Source: an uncultured virus (IMG/VR IMGVR_UViG_3300028641_000003)
Taxonomy: Duplodnaviria; Heunggongvirae; Uroviricota; Caudoviricetes
Virus record (IMG/VR): IMGVR_UViG_3300028641_000003
Length of the DNA: 64,000 bases
Reading direction: 5' to 3' (one strand)
The notes under the pieces are model-generated. The model ran no database searches. It was not told where the DNA came from and was given only the letters and a program-made list of their open reading frames with translations. Position numbers and translations under genes: made by a program. Below are positions 17,782 through 26,626 of the stretch, piece after piece. How positions within the stretch are numbered: position 1 is the stretch's first letter; the number at the start of each line of letters is the position of its first letter.

Positions 17782-18261
17782 ATGCCCCGTGTTGCAAAGA
17801 ATAAGGACGAATCCGCTGTCCAGAATGTAGCGGAACCCAAGAAGCGCATCAATAAGAAGATGGCTCCAGTAGAGTCAGCTAATGTTGATACTCCAGTAGA
17901 GCCACCGAAGAAGGGATATGTCTTTTATTCGGTATATAGTCGCTCTCGCGGCTGGCTTACCGAATCTCTTGATCCCGACAAGGCATGCGAAGCACTTGAT
18001 GAGTGCTACTTCGATTGGCTCCGAAAGGTCAACTACGAAGAAAAGAGGATTGTATTTGATTATTACATCCTCAAGCGCGACACTTCGGTGAATTCCGCCA
18101 GCAGCGAGCCATACAGCTACTACCCCGGATCTTATACCGAGCGCAAGCGCGAAGAAGCCCTTCGTGCCAAGTATGGCGACCGCTATCGTGAAGACGAGGG
18201 CGAGGATTACGACTACTCGCAGTATGCCGAGGAATTCGAGAAGTCAAAGTCGAAGCGATAA
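17782..18261 (+). CDS. hypothetical protein
   Basis: AAGGAG RBS; promoter TTGACT 17716. Confidence 0.75.
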   Translation: MPRVAKNKDESAVQNVAEPKKRINKKMAPVESANVDTPVEPPKKGYVFYSVYSRSRGWLTESLDPDKACEALDECYFDWLRKVNYEEKRIVFDYYILKRDTSVNSASSEPYSYYPGSYTERKREEALRAKYGDRYREDEGEDYDYSQYAEEFEKSKSKR

Positions 18262-18274
18262 ATACAAGTGTTAT

Positions 18275-18384
18275 GGGCACGTAGCTTAAAGTAAAGCGGA
18301 AGTAACTTTGAATGCTCTTTATGACTAAAGCTCTTTCTAATCAAAGTTGTTTCGTTGCAGGATCATACCCTGCCGTGTCCACCA
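18275..18384 (+). ncRNA. tRNA-like RNA with Ala identity and expanded anticodon domain
   Basis: Acceptor GGGCACG/CGTGTCC+A+CCA; D stem GCTT/AAGC; 13-bp helix 18299-18311/18341-18353; T arm GCAGG-ATCATAC-CCTGC; intergenic. Confidence 0.75.
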
Positions 18385-18399
18385 CTCTTAAAGTGTTAT

Positions 18400-18759
18400 A
18401 TGTCAGATGATTACACCAAGTCTCTCGAAGAGACTATCGCAAAGCAAGAAGGAGTTATTGAAGACTTCCTCAAGGATAGAGAGAACATAACAAAGATGCT
18501 TGGGAAAATAATACAAGGAACCCATGATATTTGTAATGATATTGAGTTACTAGCAAATCCCAAGAATCCTTCTGGAAGTGATAAGCAGCTTGATACAATA
18601 CGAAGTGTTATAAAAAATAAACTTATCCAAGAACTTAAAAGTTATGCTAATTCGCTTGCTACTGTAAGTAGCTACTCAAATTCAGATCCTTCTGAATATA
18701 GAGTATCTGGAAAACACTGGGCAATTCCAGTCATAAGACCAGTCAAAGATCACTATTGA
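18400..18759 (+). CDS. hypothetical coiled-coil protein
   Basis: Start ATG 18400 (MSDDYTKSLEE) avoids overlapping the ncRNA. Confidence 0.7.
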   Translation: MSDDYTKSLEETIAKQEGVIEDFLKDRENITKMLGKIIQGTHDICNDIELLANPKNPSGSDKQLDTIRSVIKNKLIQELKSYANSLATVSSYSNSDPSEYRVSGKHWAIPVIRPVKDHY

Positions 18760-18802
18760 CTTCTGGTTATATTCCATATAATGTGGATTAAGGAAACACA
18801 CC

Positions 18803-19141
18803 ATGGCACAGCAAGACTTCGGCACCTATACCATTGAAGATACAAGCGTTGAGACGAAGAACGCAAAGAACTGGAATGTCATCATCCATGACTCCGACCA
18901 GCATTCGTTCGTCTATGTCACTAAGCTTCTTCGTGAAGTGTTTGCGAAAAACGAGCAAGATGCCGAGCTTCTGACGCTTGAAGTTCATCAGATGGGCTTG
19001 GCGATTGTCAAGACTTGCTCCAAGGAGCGAGCGGAGCTTTACAAGGAGCAGGTAACTGCTTATGGTGCCGATGAAGTTATGTTCTATATGGGAAAGACTT
19101 CAAATGGACCCATCGGTTGCTCAATAGAGCCTGCGGAGTAA
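18803..19141 (+). CDS. clpS: ClpS-family adaptor
   Basis: WNVIIHDSDQHSFVYV...LREVF...EVHQMGLAIV...ERAE...SIEPAE. Confidence 0.85.
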   Translation: MAQQDFGTYTIEDTSVETKNAKNWNVIIHDSDQHSFVYVTKLLREVFAKNEQDAELLTLEVHQMGLAIVKTCSKERAELYKEQVTAYGADEVMFYMGKTSNGPIGCSIEPAE

Positions 19142-19143
19142 GC

Positions 19144-19788
19144 ATGACTATCTTTTTCACCAGTGATACGCACTTTCACCATGTTTCAATACTCAAGTAT
19201 TGCAACCGTCCATTTGCCTCCGTAGAGGAAATGAACGAGAAGCTGATTGCCAACTGGAACTCTGTAGTTACGAGCAAGGATGTCGTCTATCACATGGGCG
19301 ACTTCTCTTGGGGCAATGCTGAGAAGATCCGGAGCGTCTTTGATCGTCTGAACGGTCAGAAGCATCTGGTTCTTGGCAACCACGATGATATTGATTCTCA
19401 CAAGAAACTAAAGTGGAACTGGGTCAAGACTGAATATACTCTGAAGGTCAACGATCTTCGTTATGTTCTGTATCACTATCCCCAGCGTTCATGGAACTAT
19501 TCGGTCCACGGGGCAAGGCATCTGTTTGGTCATTGTCACGGAACGGCTAAGCCTTGGGGTTATTCGTTCGATGTGGGCACTGACTGTTGGGATTTTACTC
19601 CCGTGTCTATTGAAGTGGTTGAAGCGACCATTGCCAAGATGCAGAGGATGAACCCCGAGTATGATGTCGCTTTCATGCCAAAGGGAGTCATCTGGAACGG
19701 AAAAACTCACGACTACTCCTATCGGGACTTTTTTGTGGGCGATGGGTCGCTTGACAAGGTAGATCCAGACGCTATCAGGGGCGAATAA
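19144..19788 (+). CDS. calcineurin-like metallophosphoesterase
   Basis: SDTHF-x-H, MGDFS, GNHD, HYP, FGH-x-H; start ATG 19144. Confidence 0.9.
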   Translation: MTIFFTSDTHFHHVSILKYCNRPFASVEEMNEKLIANWNSVVTSKDVVYHMGDFSWGNAEKIRSVFDRLNGQKHLVLGNHDDIDSHKKLKWNWVKTEYTLKVNDLRYVLYHYPQRSWNYSVHGARHLFGHCHGTAKPWGYSFDVGTDCWDFTPVSIEVVEATIAKMQRMNPEYDVAFMPKGVIWNGKTHDYSYRDFFVGDGSLDKVDPDAIRGE

Positions 19789-19838
19789 GTAGTTGACTTC
19801 CGTACAGTCTCTCTTATCATTAATTTTAAGGAAACTGT

Positions 19839-20456
19839 ATGAAATCGTATCCAAGTATTGAAGGCTCTTCTAAAGCCCCGAATGACCAATGCATCGCGTT
19901 CTACAAGTACGACGGTTCTAATCTTCGTTTCGAGTGGATTAAGAAACGAGGGTGGCACTTGTTCGGCACCCGCAAGCGTCTATTTGACGAGTCGGACCCT
20001 GACTTTGGTCCCGCAATCAAGATGTTTCGTGATACTTTGGCAAGCGACCTTGAAGCTATTTTCAAGAAAGAATATCGCGATTCGCAAGAGGTTGTGGTGT
20101 TCTGTGAATATTTTGGCGACCAATCTTTCGCGGGTCAACATAAACCCGACGATGCTACAAAGCGTCTTGTATTGATTGATGTAGATATTCATAAGAAGGG
20201 ATTTGTTAGTCCACGAGAATTCGTCAAAGTATTCTGTAAGGCTCTTGGCAACAGAGCCGCCGAAGTCATATATGAAGGAAACCTTAATGCGTCCTTTATT
20301 GCCGATGTTAGATCCGGTAAGTATCCAGTTGTAGAGGGCGTTGTCTGTAAAGGTGGATCTGGACATAAGATATGGAGAGCAAAAATTAAGACTGATGCCT
20401 ATTTAAAGAGACTCAAGGAAGTATATGCGGATAGTTGGGCAAGCTACTGGGAATAA
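19839..20456 (+). CDS. RNA-ligase-like nucleotidyltransferase (Rnl2-like adenylation domain)
   Basis: KYDGSN motif I, FCEYFG, EGVVCK, KIKT. Confidence 0.75.
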   Translation: MKSYPSIEGSSKAPNDQCIAFYKYDGSNLRFEWIKKRGWHLFGTRKRLFDESDPDFGPAIKMFRDTLASDLEAIFKKEYRDSQEVVVFCEYFGDQSFAGQHKPDDATKRLVLIDVDIHKKGFVSPREFVKVFCKALGNRAAEVIYEGNLNASFIADVRSGKYPVVEGVVCKGGSGHKIWRAKIKTDAYLKRLKEVYADSWASYWE

Positions 20457-20494
20457 GTAGTTGACTTCCTCTTATCGGCGGTTATAATAAAAAA

Positions 20495-21253
20495 ATGAAG
20501 ATCCAAGTTCTCTCTGACCTCCATCTGGAGCATCAGCCATACACCCTCAAGCTCCATAACCACGCCGATGTATTGGTGTTGGCTGGGGACATCTGCCCAC
20601 CCAAGCTCATTGGTCGGATGAAGAACATCTTGGGTCGGATCACCCGGAAGGTTCCGGTATTGTATATCACTGGTAATCACGAGTATTACGGCAGTGAGTT
20701 CCATACCGTCAATGACTTCTGGGAGGACTTCGCCAAGCAGACTCCAAACTTCCACTTTCTCAACAACAAAAACTTTGTTTATGGTGGATATCAGTTTGTT
20801 GGGTCAACTCTGTGGAGTAACTTCGACCTCGTTCGGTCTTCGGGTCTTCCGCTTGACATCTTTATGTCGCGGCTCCCGTTTGCCATCAACGACTTCTTCT
20901 CCATCAAGCACGGTGATGGGTGGTTTACTCCGCAACACTGCCTTGACCTCAACTTGGCTGCACGGAAGTTCATCAAGGAATCGGTGGAAAGCTTCGATGG
21001 GAAGTCGGTAGTCATTAGCCACTTCTGCCCACACCCGAAGTCGATCCATGAGAAGTTCATGGGAAGTAAGCTTAACTGCTACTTTACCTGCGACTGCTCA
21101 GAAATCTTCCAGCCAAAGATTCCTTTGTGGATTTTCGGGCACACGCATGAACCAACTGAGTTTACCCTTGGTGACACCCGGTTTGTCTGCAATCCACGGG
21201 GATATCCCCACGAGAAGAGCAACTATGACGGAAAGAAGATCATTGAGATATAA
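20495..21253 (+). CDS. metallophosphoesterase
   Basis: SDLHLE, LAGDI, GNHEYY, GSTLWS, FGHTH, NPRGY; leaderless. Confidence 0.9.
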   Translation: MKIQVLSDLHLEHQPYTLKLHNHADVLVLAGDICPPKLIGRMKNILGRITRKVPVLYITGNHEYYGSEFHTVNDFWEDFAKQTPNFHFLNNKNFVYGGYQFVGSTLWSNFDLVRSSGLPLDIFMSRLPFAINDFFSIKHGDGWFTPQHCLDLNLAARKFIKESVESFDGKSVVISHFCPHPKSIHEKFMGSKLNCYFTCDCSEIFQPKIPLWIFGHTHEPTEFTLGDTRFVCNPRGYPHEKSNYDGKKIIEI

Positions 21254-21917
21254 TATCTTTACATTTTGCGTATTTTCTATAAAGACCTATTCCATCATAT
21301 GAGTTGCTATAGAGTAATGTGTCTAGGATTACCAAACTTGGTTTGTTGGTAATCCTGACACACGATGATCTTGTTATTTTTTCATCGAACTTTTTTACTT
21401 GTCGCCTCTGTATTGTATATTTAATGCCATTAGAGGAAAATATATTTTCTAATACCGACCAGTCTTGATCATGAGTTCCAGCGACACTAAATTGCTTAGA
21501 TGTTTTACTTTTATAAAAGCAACCGTCGCCATCAATCCAACCACGTAAAAAGAATCGGTGATATCCTTCGGGTATCTGCTTTAGTATTTTTGTAGGAGAT
21601 ATTTTTGATTTCTCATTATACCCCATTGAATGAAGATAGTCACATAACATAGAATTATTAGCACAGGCAATAGACTGCTCCCTTCTATTTTTTCTCTTTC
21701 TTGATGCATGATACCATTTTCCAGTTGCTTCAATGGTTGGTTTTATTGCGTCCATATCATCTTTGACAATCTCAATTCTTATTTCTTTTCTTTTATACTT
21801 ATACAGCAAATGACCATCAGCCCACGCAAACCCTAAGATATATGCGTGGTGTGGTGTTGTGCAGTTTATGAATCCATTAGCATCTACACCAAGAGTAGTT
21901 TGATTTCTATAAGTCAT
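21240..21917 (-). CDS. LAGLIDADG homing endonuclease
   Basis: AYILGFAWADG and FFLRGWIDGDG motifs; ATG at 21917 is 5 nt after TATAAATA (21923-21930, -). Confidence 0.88.
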   Translation of the reverse strand: MTYRNQTTLGVDANGFINCTTPHHAYILGFAWADGHLLYKYKRKEIRIEIVKDDMDAIKPTIEATGKWYHASRKRKNRREQSIACANNSMLCDYLHSMGYNEKSKISPTKILKQIPEGYHRFFLRGWIDGDGCFYKSKTSKQFSVAGTHDQDWSVLENIFSSNGIKYTIQRRQVKKFDEKITRSSCVRITNKPSLVILDTLLYSNSYDGIGLYRKYAKCKDIISQ

Positions 21918-22009
21918 ATTAGTATTTATATGGGTAATGCCATGTATCCACAATAAATAAAGGAAGAATGTTGTTATAATATAAATAACATTGATATAGG
22001 AGAAATGTT

Positions 22010-22498
22010 ATGACACTGAATGCCAATAGCTACCGTGAAGTACTTCGCAAGAAGCTCAAAGAATCCGATATGGGTCTTCCACAGCCAGCAGTTGCTCCGG
22101 TTGCCAAGGAAGCTACATATTCTGGTGTATTAGATTCTCTCAGAGAGAAGCTTTTTGGTCCTATTAATGCTCAAGAGAGTTCATGCGGGGTAGCGACAGA
22201 GGACTCCTATCAGGATTCGCCAGAATCCGTTAGTAGCACCGAAGTTATGGGTCCAGAATCAGAAGAAGCTACATTGACCGCCGAGGATCTTAACGACCTC
22301 GCAACCGATACCATTGCAGAAGTCCTCAACTCTGTTAAGGAACTGCGCGATCAAGTTAAGAAAGAGAACCCAAAGAAAGCAGCACTTGTTCGTAGAATAT
22401 ACGATCACTTGCTTAAGGGCAAGGATAAGATAACTGCCGAAATTCTCAAGTCACATGAGGAAGAAAAAACACAGACAGTAGAAAAGCCGTCTGTATAA
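22010..22498 (+). CDS. hypothetical late protein (possible internal head protein)
   Basis: TATAAATA 21980-21987; AGGAG RBS; acidic. Confidence 0.7.
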   Translation: MTLNANSYREVLRKKLKESDMGLPQPAVAPVAKEATYSGVLDSLREKLFGPINAQESSCGVATEDSYQDSPESVSSTEVMGPESEEATLTAEDLNDLATDTIAEVLNSVKELRDQVKKENPKKAALVRRIYDHLLKGKDKITAEILKSHEEEKTQTVEKPSV

Positions 22499-22518
22499 TA
22501 AGTTTCTTGGAGATATAA

Positions 22519-22842
22519 ATGAAACAAAAAGTTATAGTAGAGTGTGATCTACCTAAAGATTACTGTCTTAATAATGGATTTGCAACTACCCAGTTACCAG
22601 TTCTTCGTATGGGTGACTTTTATGCAATAACCAAAGAAAAGAAGCTCGTAAAAAAAATATTACAGGAAAATGGATTTTCTTTCGATGATATTCCGTCATC
22701 AGAATCAGTTGAATTTGACATAAAGCAAAACTTTACTACAGAGATGGGTCTTTGGGAGAGTAGATTTCATGTATCAGTCGTAAATGGAGATGTCAATAAC
22801 ATTTACGAAGTCTCGACCAATTTGATACAAAAAGATTCTTGA
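22519..22842 (+). CDS. hypothetical protein
   Basis: GGAG RBS. Confidence 0.65.
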   Translation: MKQKVIVECDLPKDYCLNNGFATTQLPVLRMGDFYAITKEKKLVKKILQENGFSFDDIPSSESVEFDIKQNFTTEMGLWESRFHVSVVNGDVNNIYEVSTNLIQKDS

Positions 22843-22871
22843 CTTCTCTGGCACATCTATATGATGTAACC

Positions 22872-24077
22872 ATGTCACTACACGATTACCTTTCTAAGTA
22901 CTTCTCTTCTGGCTCCGTTGGAGAGTTTGAGGGAGTTTCTGTAAACCTTGTTGACCACTTCTTCGAGAAGTTTGGAGTCAACGTTAAGAACGAGGGCGAC
23001 CTCTGGCAGTTTAAGTACGACCAGTTGGCAGCCAAGTTCTCGTTCCCGCTCGTCAAGGAGTGTCGTGGGCATATCTGGCGTTATGATGGGGCTTGGACTC
23101 GCGTATGTACGCCTCCCGACAAGTTCTTCAACCAGCATGAGGGATACTGCCCTATCTTCAACGATGATGAGTTTTCTCAGAAGCTTTCGGCGCTTTCGGC
23201 TATTCGCAAGGAAGACGGAACGGCTATTGCTGTCTGGTACGACTCCGTTCGTTCGGTTTGGCGTGCTTCAACGCTGGGCGCAATCACCCCCTTCAAGGTT
23301 GGTGATTACGAGATTACTTTCGATGCGTTGTTCTGGAAGACGCTGGGAGAAGAGAACAAGAACATCCTTGAGTCGCAGGGCGACAAGAATGTTACCTACC
23401 TCTTTGAGCTTTGCTGCTTAGAGAACCGTATTGTCACCAAGTACATCACGGATCGTGTGTTCCTCTTGACGGCTCGTAACAACAAGACGGGCGTCTATGA
23501 GACTCCATCGTGGTGGGATATCTTCAAGGCATACAAGCCTGACTTCTTCCTGCTCGCTGGGGAAGATAACATCAAGACGCTTGATGACTTGAAGCGTTGG
23601 GTCGATAAGCAGTCGGATGACACGGCTGACGCTGTGTATCGTGAAGGCTTTGTGATTTACGATGGGCTTACCCCTATCGCTAAGTTGAAGACGGCTCGCT
23701 ACTTGTCTCTCCACGCTGTTGGTGGAGGCGACATGAAGCACACGAGGAATGTAGTCATTGACTCGTTCTTCGCTGGAACGCTGGATGACATTTGGGGCGT
23801 CTTGCACCCTCAGATGCAGGAGTTTGCCGAGAAGCTCAAGGATAAGGTCATTAAGTTGACCAACGAGGCGCTTGCGGCTTCCAAGAACATTGATCCTTCG
23901 ACCATAGCTTCCCAGAAGGACTATGCGTTGTGGGTCAAGGCGAATGTTCCTCCGATGTTCGCTGGATTCTTCTTCCAGAACAAGGAAGCGGTTCTTGCCA
24001 AGAAGGGCATAACCGAGGACTTTACTTGGTGGGTGAAAGCCAACTACAAGAAGTTCGAGGGCGTCTGGAAGGACTGA
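22872..24077 (+). CDS. T4 Rnl1-like RNA ligase
   Basis: DKFFN, KEDGT, FEL, EGFVI, KLK motifs; leaderless ATG 22872 6 nt after TATGAT. Confidence 0.82.
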   Translation: MSLHDYLSKYFSSGSVGEFEGVSVNLVDHFFEKFGVNVKNEGDLWQFKYDQLAAKFSFPLVKECRGHIWRYDGAWTRVCTPPDKFFNQHEGYCPIFNDDEFSQKLSALSAIRKEDGTAIAVWYDSVRSVWRASTLGAITPFKVGDYEITFDALFWKTLGEENKNILESQGDKNVTYLFELCCLENRIVTKYITDRVFLLTARNNKTGVYETPSWWDIFKAYKPDFFLLAGEDNIKTLDDLKRWVDKQSDDTADAVYREGFVIYDGLTPIAKLKTARYLSLHAVGGGDMKHTRNVVIDSFFAGTLDDIWGVLHPQMQEFAEKLKDKVIKLTNEALAASKNIDPSTIASQKDYALWVKANVPPMFAGFFFQNKEAVLAKKGITEDFTWWVKANYKKFEGVWKD

Positions 24078-24083
24078 TATAAT

Positions 24084-24121
24084 ACTCCTACGATTTTATA
24101 TAAATAGTCGTAGGAGTTTTT
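24084..24121 (+). terminator. hairpin containing TATAAATA in its loop and RBS in its 3' arm
   Basis: ACTCCTACGA(24084-93)/TCGTAGGAGT(24108-17) then TTTT. Confidence 0.75.
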
Positions 24122-24124
24122 ATT

Positions 24125-24967
24125 ATGGAACCAGATGCCAACTTTAGAGAGATGATACGTTCGAAGCTTCGTGGATCATTTGGATCGGAAGCTGGCAAGC
24201 AAGGTCTAAAGATGATACCCGAGGTTGATCCGCCAGGACAGAATCCACAACAGGGTGGATCTGGAGTCAACCAAGCCAATGTCGAAAAGTCTGTAAAGGG
24301 ACTTTTTCTTTCTTTGGGCAATGTCATCAAGACCAACAATCAAATAGGATCCGGAGTTTCAATCGGTCTGAAAGATAGCGACCTGAAGAAGATGTCCACT
24401 GAAGTGGCTACCGCAGTTGTTAAGGGTGATGTAGATGCCTTCAAGAAGAGTATGACTAATGGCGTTGATGCTATTAATAAAAAAGTCCTTGATTTTGCTA
24501 AAAAGCAACAGGCTCCACAACAGGGAGTTAATCAACCACAGCAAAATCAACAGAATCAGGAAGGACAGCCGGGAGCAGGACCAAATCAACCACTCAAGGC
24601 AGCGGAAGCCCCGGGAAACGATGTCCAGACTCTTGGTGGTGCCAACCCAGCAGTAATAGATCCTCCTGCTGCTTATGAATCTCCTATTAGAGAGCGTGAG
24701 AATCCTATTTCAGTTTCGGCAATGCAGGGCATCTTGAAGTTCGCTACCCCAACCCAGGTTGGTGACGCAATAAAGGCGATGGACTCTGACCAGTTTGCTA
24801 AGTTTGCATCTGGCTTACAGAAGGACGCTCTTGATGTGCTGTCCGCTGCGGTTAATAACGAAGGAGGCGGCAAGGCTCCTGAAGCTTCACGGGGTGGAAA
24901 GCCAGCACCAAATCAAGGTGGTGGCGACAACAACGCTGAAGGCAACCTGAAACTTGGAGAACTATAA
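24125..24967 (+). CDS. Gln/Gly/Pro-rich late protein (possible internal head protein)
   Basis: 280 aa, low complexity, late promoter. Confidence 0.7.
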   Translation: MEPDANFREMIRSKLRGSFGSEAGKQGLKMIPEVDPPGQNPQQGGSGVNQANVEKSVKGLFLSLGNVIKTNNQIGSGVSIGLKDSDLKKMSTEVATAVVKGDVDAFKKSMTNGVDAINKKVLDFAKKQQAPQQGVNQPQQNQQNQEGQPGAGPNQPLKAAEAPGNDVQTLGGANPAVIDPPAAYESPIRERENPISVSAMQGILKFATPTQVGDAIKAMDSDQFAKFASGLQKDALDVLSAAVNNEGGGKAPEASRGGKPAPNQGGGDNNAEGNLKLGEL

Positions 24968-25206
24968 TGTCTGACCATATCAAGATTGCTAAGGGCTGGA
25001 AAAAAATATTCGAAGCTGAAATGGGATTGCCGCCAGAAGAACCCGAGATGGTGAGTGTTTCGTTTACCAAGCAAGAGTTGACAGTTCTGCGCTCTCTTAT
25101 ACAAACGGCTGTTAGCGAGATGACTTCGGACCCTAACAGTGGCATGAAGGGTGTTCCTAAAGAAATATCCGGCGTCATGCAGAAGCTTGACACTTTCGGA
25201 CAGTAA
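24967..25206 (+). CDS. hypothetical protein
   Basis: TAATG overlap. Confidence 0.7.
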   Translation: MSDHIKIAKGWKKIFEAEMGLPPEEPEMVSVSFTKQELTVLRSLIQTAVSEMTSDPNSGMKGVPKEISGVMQKLDTFGQ

Positions 25207-25248
25207 AATAACACTTGCTTTTTGGGTTTCTGTCCTTAGAATGGGGAC

Positions 25249-25698
25249 ATGAAGACCTTATACATATGTGTTGGAATACCCGGGTGTGGGAAGAGCACTT
25301 GGACCGAAAACTTCCTCAAGGATAAGTTGTCGGTAGAAGTTATCAACATGGACAACATCAGGTTTCAGGTAACTGGAAATCACTCGGATCAGTCCAAGAA
25401 TGGATTGGTCGCCGCAAAGGCAATGGAAGCCTTGAAGAAGTCCATGCTGTGTGGAACTAGGGACATTGTATGGGACAACACCACACTTTCGGTCAAGTAC
25501 CGCAAGCCGCTGGTAAGTCTTGCCAAGGAGAATGGTTACAATGTCATTGCTGTATTTTTTCAGGTTCCTCTGGAAGTTGCCAAGCAGAGAAACGCTGCAA
25601 GAACCCGCGTAGTTCCCGAGGATGTTCTGGACCGCATGTTCGCAAGCATTGCCCCCCCTTCGCTGGAAGAGGGATTCACCGAGATTATAAAGGTCTAA
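25249..25698 (+). CDS. polynucleotide kinase-like P-loop protein (AAA_33)
   Basis: GIPGCGKST, D-x-IR, WDNT, RN-x-x-R-x-R-x-VPE; leaderless. Confidence 0.88.
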   Translation: MKTLYICVGIPGCGKSTWTENFLKDKLSVEVINMDNIRFQVTGNHSDQSKNGLVAAKAMEALKKSMLCGTRDIVWDNTTLSVKYRKPLVSLAKENGYNVIAVFFQVPLEVAKQRNAARTRVVPEDVLDRMFASIAPPSLEEGFTEIIKV

Positions 25699-25699
25699 T

Positions 25700-26209
25700 A
25701 TGGCTATACCTTCCCATTATTTACCTTCCTATTATGCAAATTGTGGGAGCGTAAGACCAAGTATGACAGGAGTTACCAATACAGGCATGGACTATATTGC
25801 CACCGTCGAGAAAGAAAATGAGTCGCTTCGACAGAAGCTACTTCATTACAACACTCTACGAGATATCATAGCTACTAGAGTAAATATTGAAAACATAAGC
25901 GTCGGGGAAATGGTAGATCCTTCAAGTTTATGTGATTATATGACTAAGTTGGGGTGGACTCTGAACTACGAAAAGATACACGAGCGGTATCTGACCAGAT
26001 CTTATTACTCACCACATAGAGATACGAAGTGCAAGATTTATGTTAGGGATTTGCGTCCGGATCCAAGAGGTAGGAAGTCAGGAATGCACGCTAAAATTGT
26101 AGATGCTATCAAGCTTTTGGCTCGTCTCCACAAAAAAGGTGAGTTAGAAGTTATTTACGAGACTATCACTGGTGATATAAAGGAGACTGCATGTGATGAA
26201 TCGTCGTGA
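25700..26209 (+). CDS. hypothetical protein
   Basis: 169 aa; contains YIATVEKENESL motif. Confidence 0.65.
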   Translation: MAIPSHYLPSYYANCGSVRPSMTGVTNTGMDYIATVEKENESLRQKLLHYNTLRDIIATRVNIENISVGEMVDPSSLCDYMTKLGWTLNYEKIHERYLTRSYYSPHRDTKCKIYVRDLRPDPRGRKSGMHAKIVDAIKLLARLHKKGELEVIYETITGDIKETACDESS

Positions 26210-26260
26210 TTGTAATATCGTAAGATTTTATGAATTGAAATATATACAGGAGAAAAAATA

Positions 26261-26626
26261 ATGGGAAGAGTATCTTCTATACATTTCAACGCAGCCCCAG
26301 GCGTTAAATACATTATAAGAAATACGGAAAATAACCAAGAAAAAGTAGCTAGAACTCTTGGCATTAGAGATTCGCAGTATCAACCAATAAGATCAAATAA
26401 AGATACTCCGAAAGGAAAAGAATTTTTTAAGATGATGGTGGGTAGCGAATTAGTTACTTTTAATAATAGCTTAAACTTTGATAAGTGTCTTTCGGTAGAT
26501 GGAAAGTGGGAGTTTATAGGAAAGCGTCCCGATGGAACAAAAATGAAAAAAAATAGCAAATCCAATTTTCATGATAAAATTGAATTTACATCCACAGAAT
26601 ACAAATACATAATGGAGAAAAAATGA
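26261..26626 (+). CDS. hypothetical protein
   Basis: AGGAG RBS. Confidence 0.7.
   Translation: MGRVSSIHFNAAPGVKYIIRNTENNQEKVARTLGIRDSQYQPIRSNKDTPKGKEFFKMMVGSELVTFNNSLNFDKCLSVDGKWEFIGKRPDGTKMKKNSKSNFHDKIEFTSTEYKYIMEKK

Noticed and set aside
18299..18353. Canonical tRNA with an intron at 37/38 (e.g. Lys-CTT) or a normal Ala-TGC anticodon
   Set aside because: A 5-bp stem would give A at position 33 rather than U, there is no clear bulge-helix-bulge, the insert is far too short for a group I intron, and the TGC at 18313 is not in a 7-nt U-turn loop.
21240..21917. LAGLIDADG gene as part of an intron or intein
   Set aside because: It is free-standing, antisense to complete flanking genes and has its own late promoter; no split host gene is evident.
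732..22871. ORF-track TTG starts at 732, 1873, 3114, 3845, 18355, 19117 and 22839
   Set aside because: They fall in promoter elements, the ncRNA or the upstream gene; downstream ATGs fit promoter geometry better.
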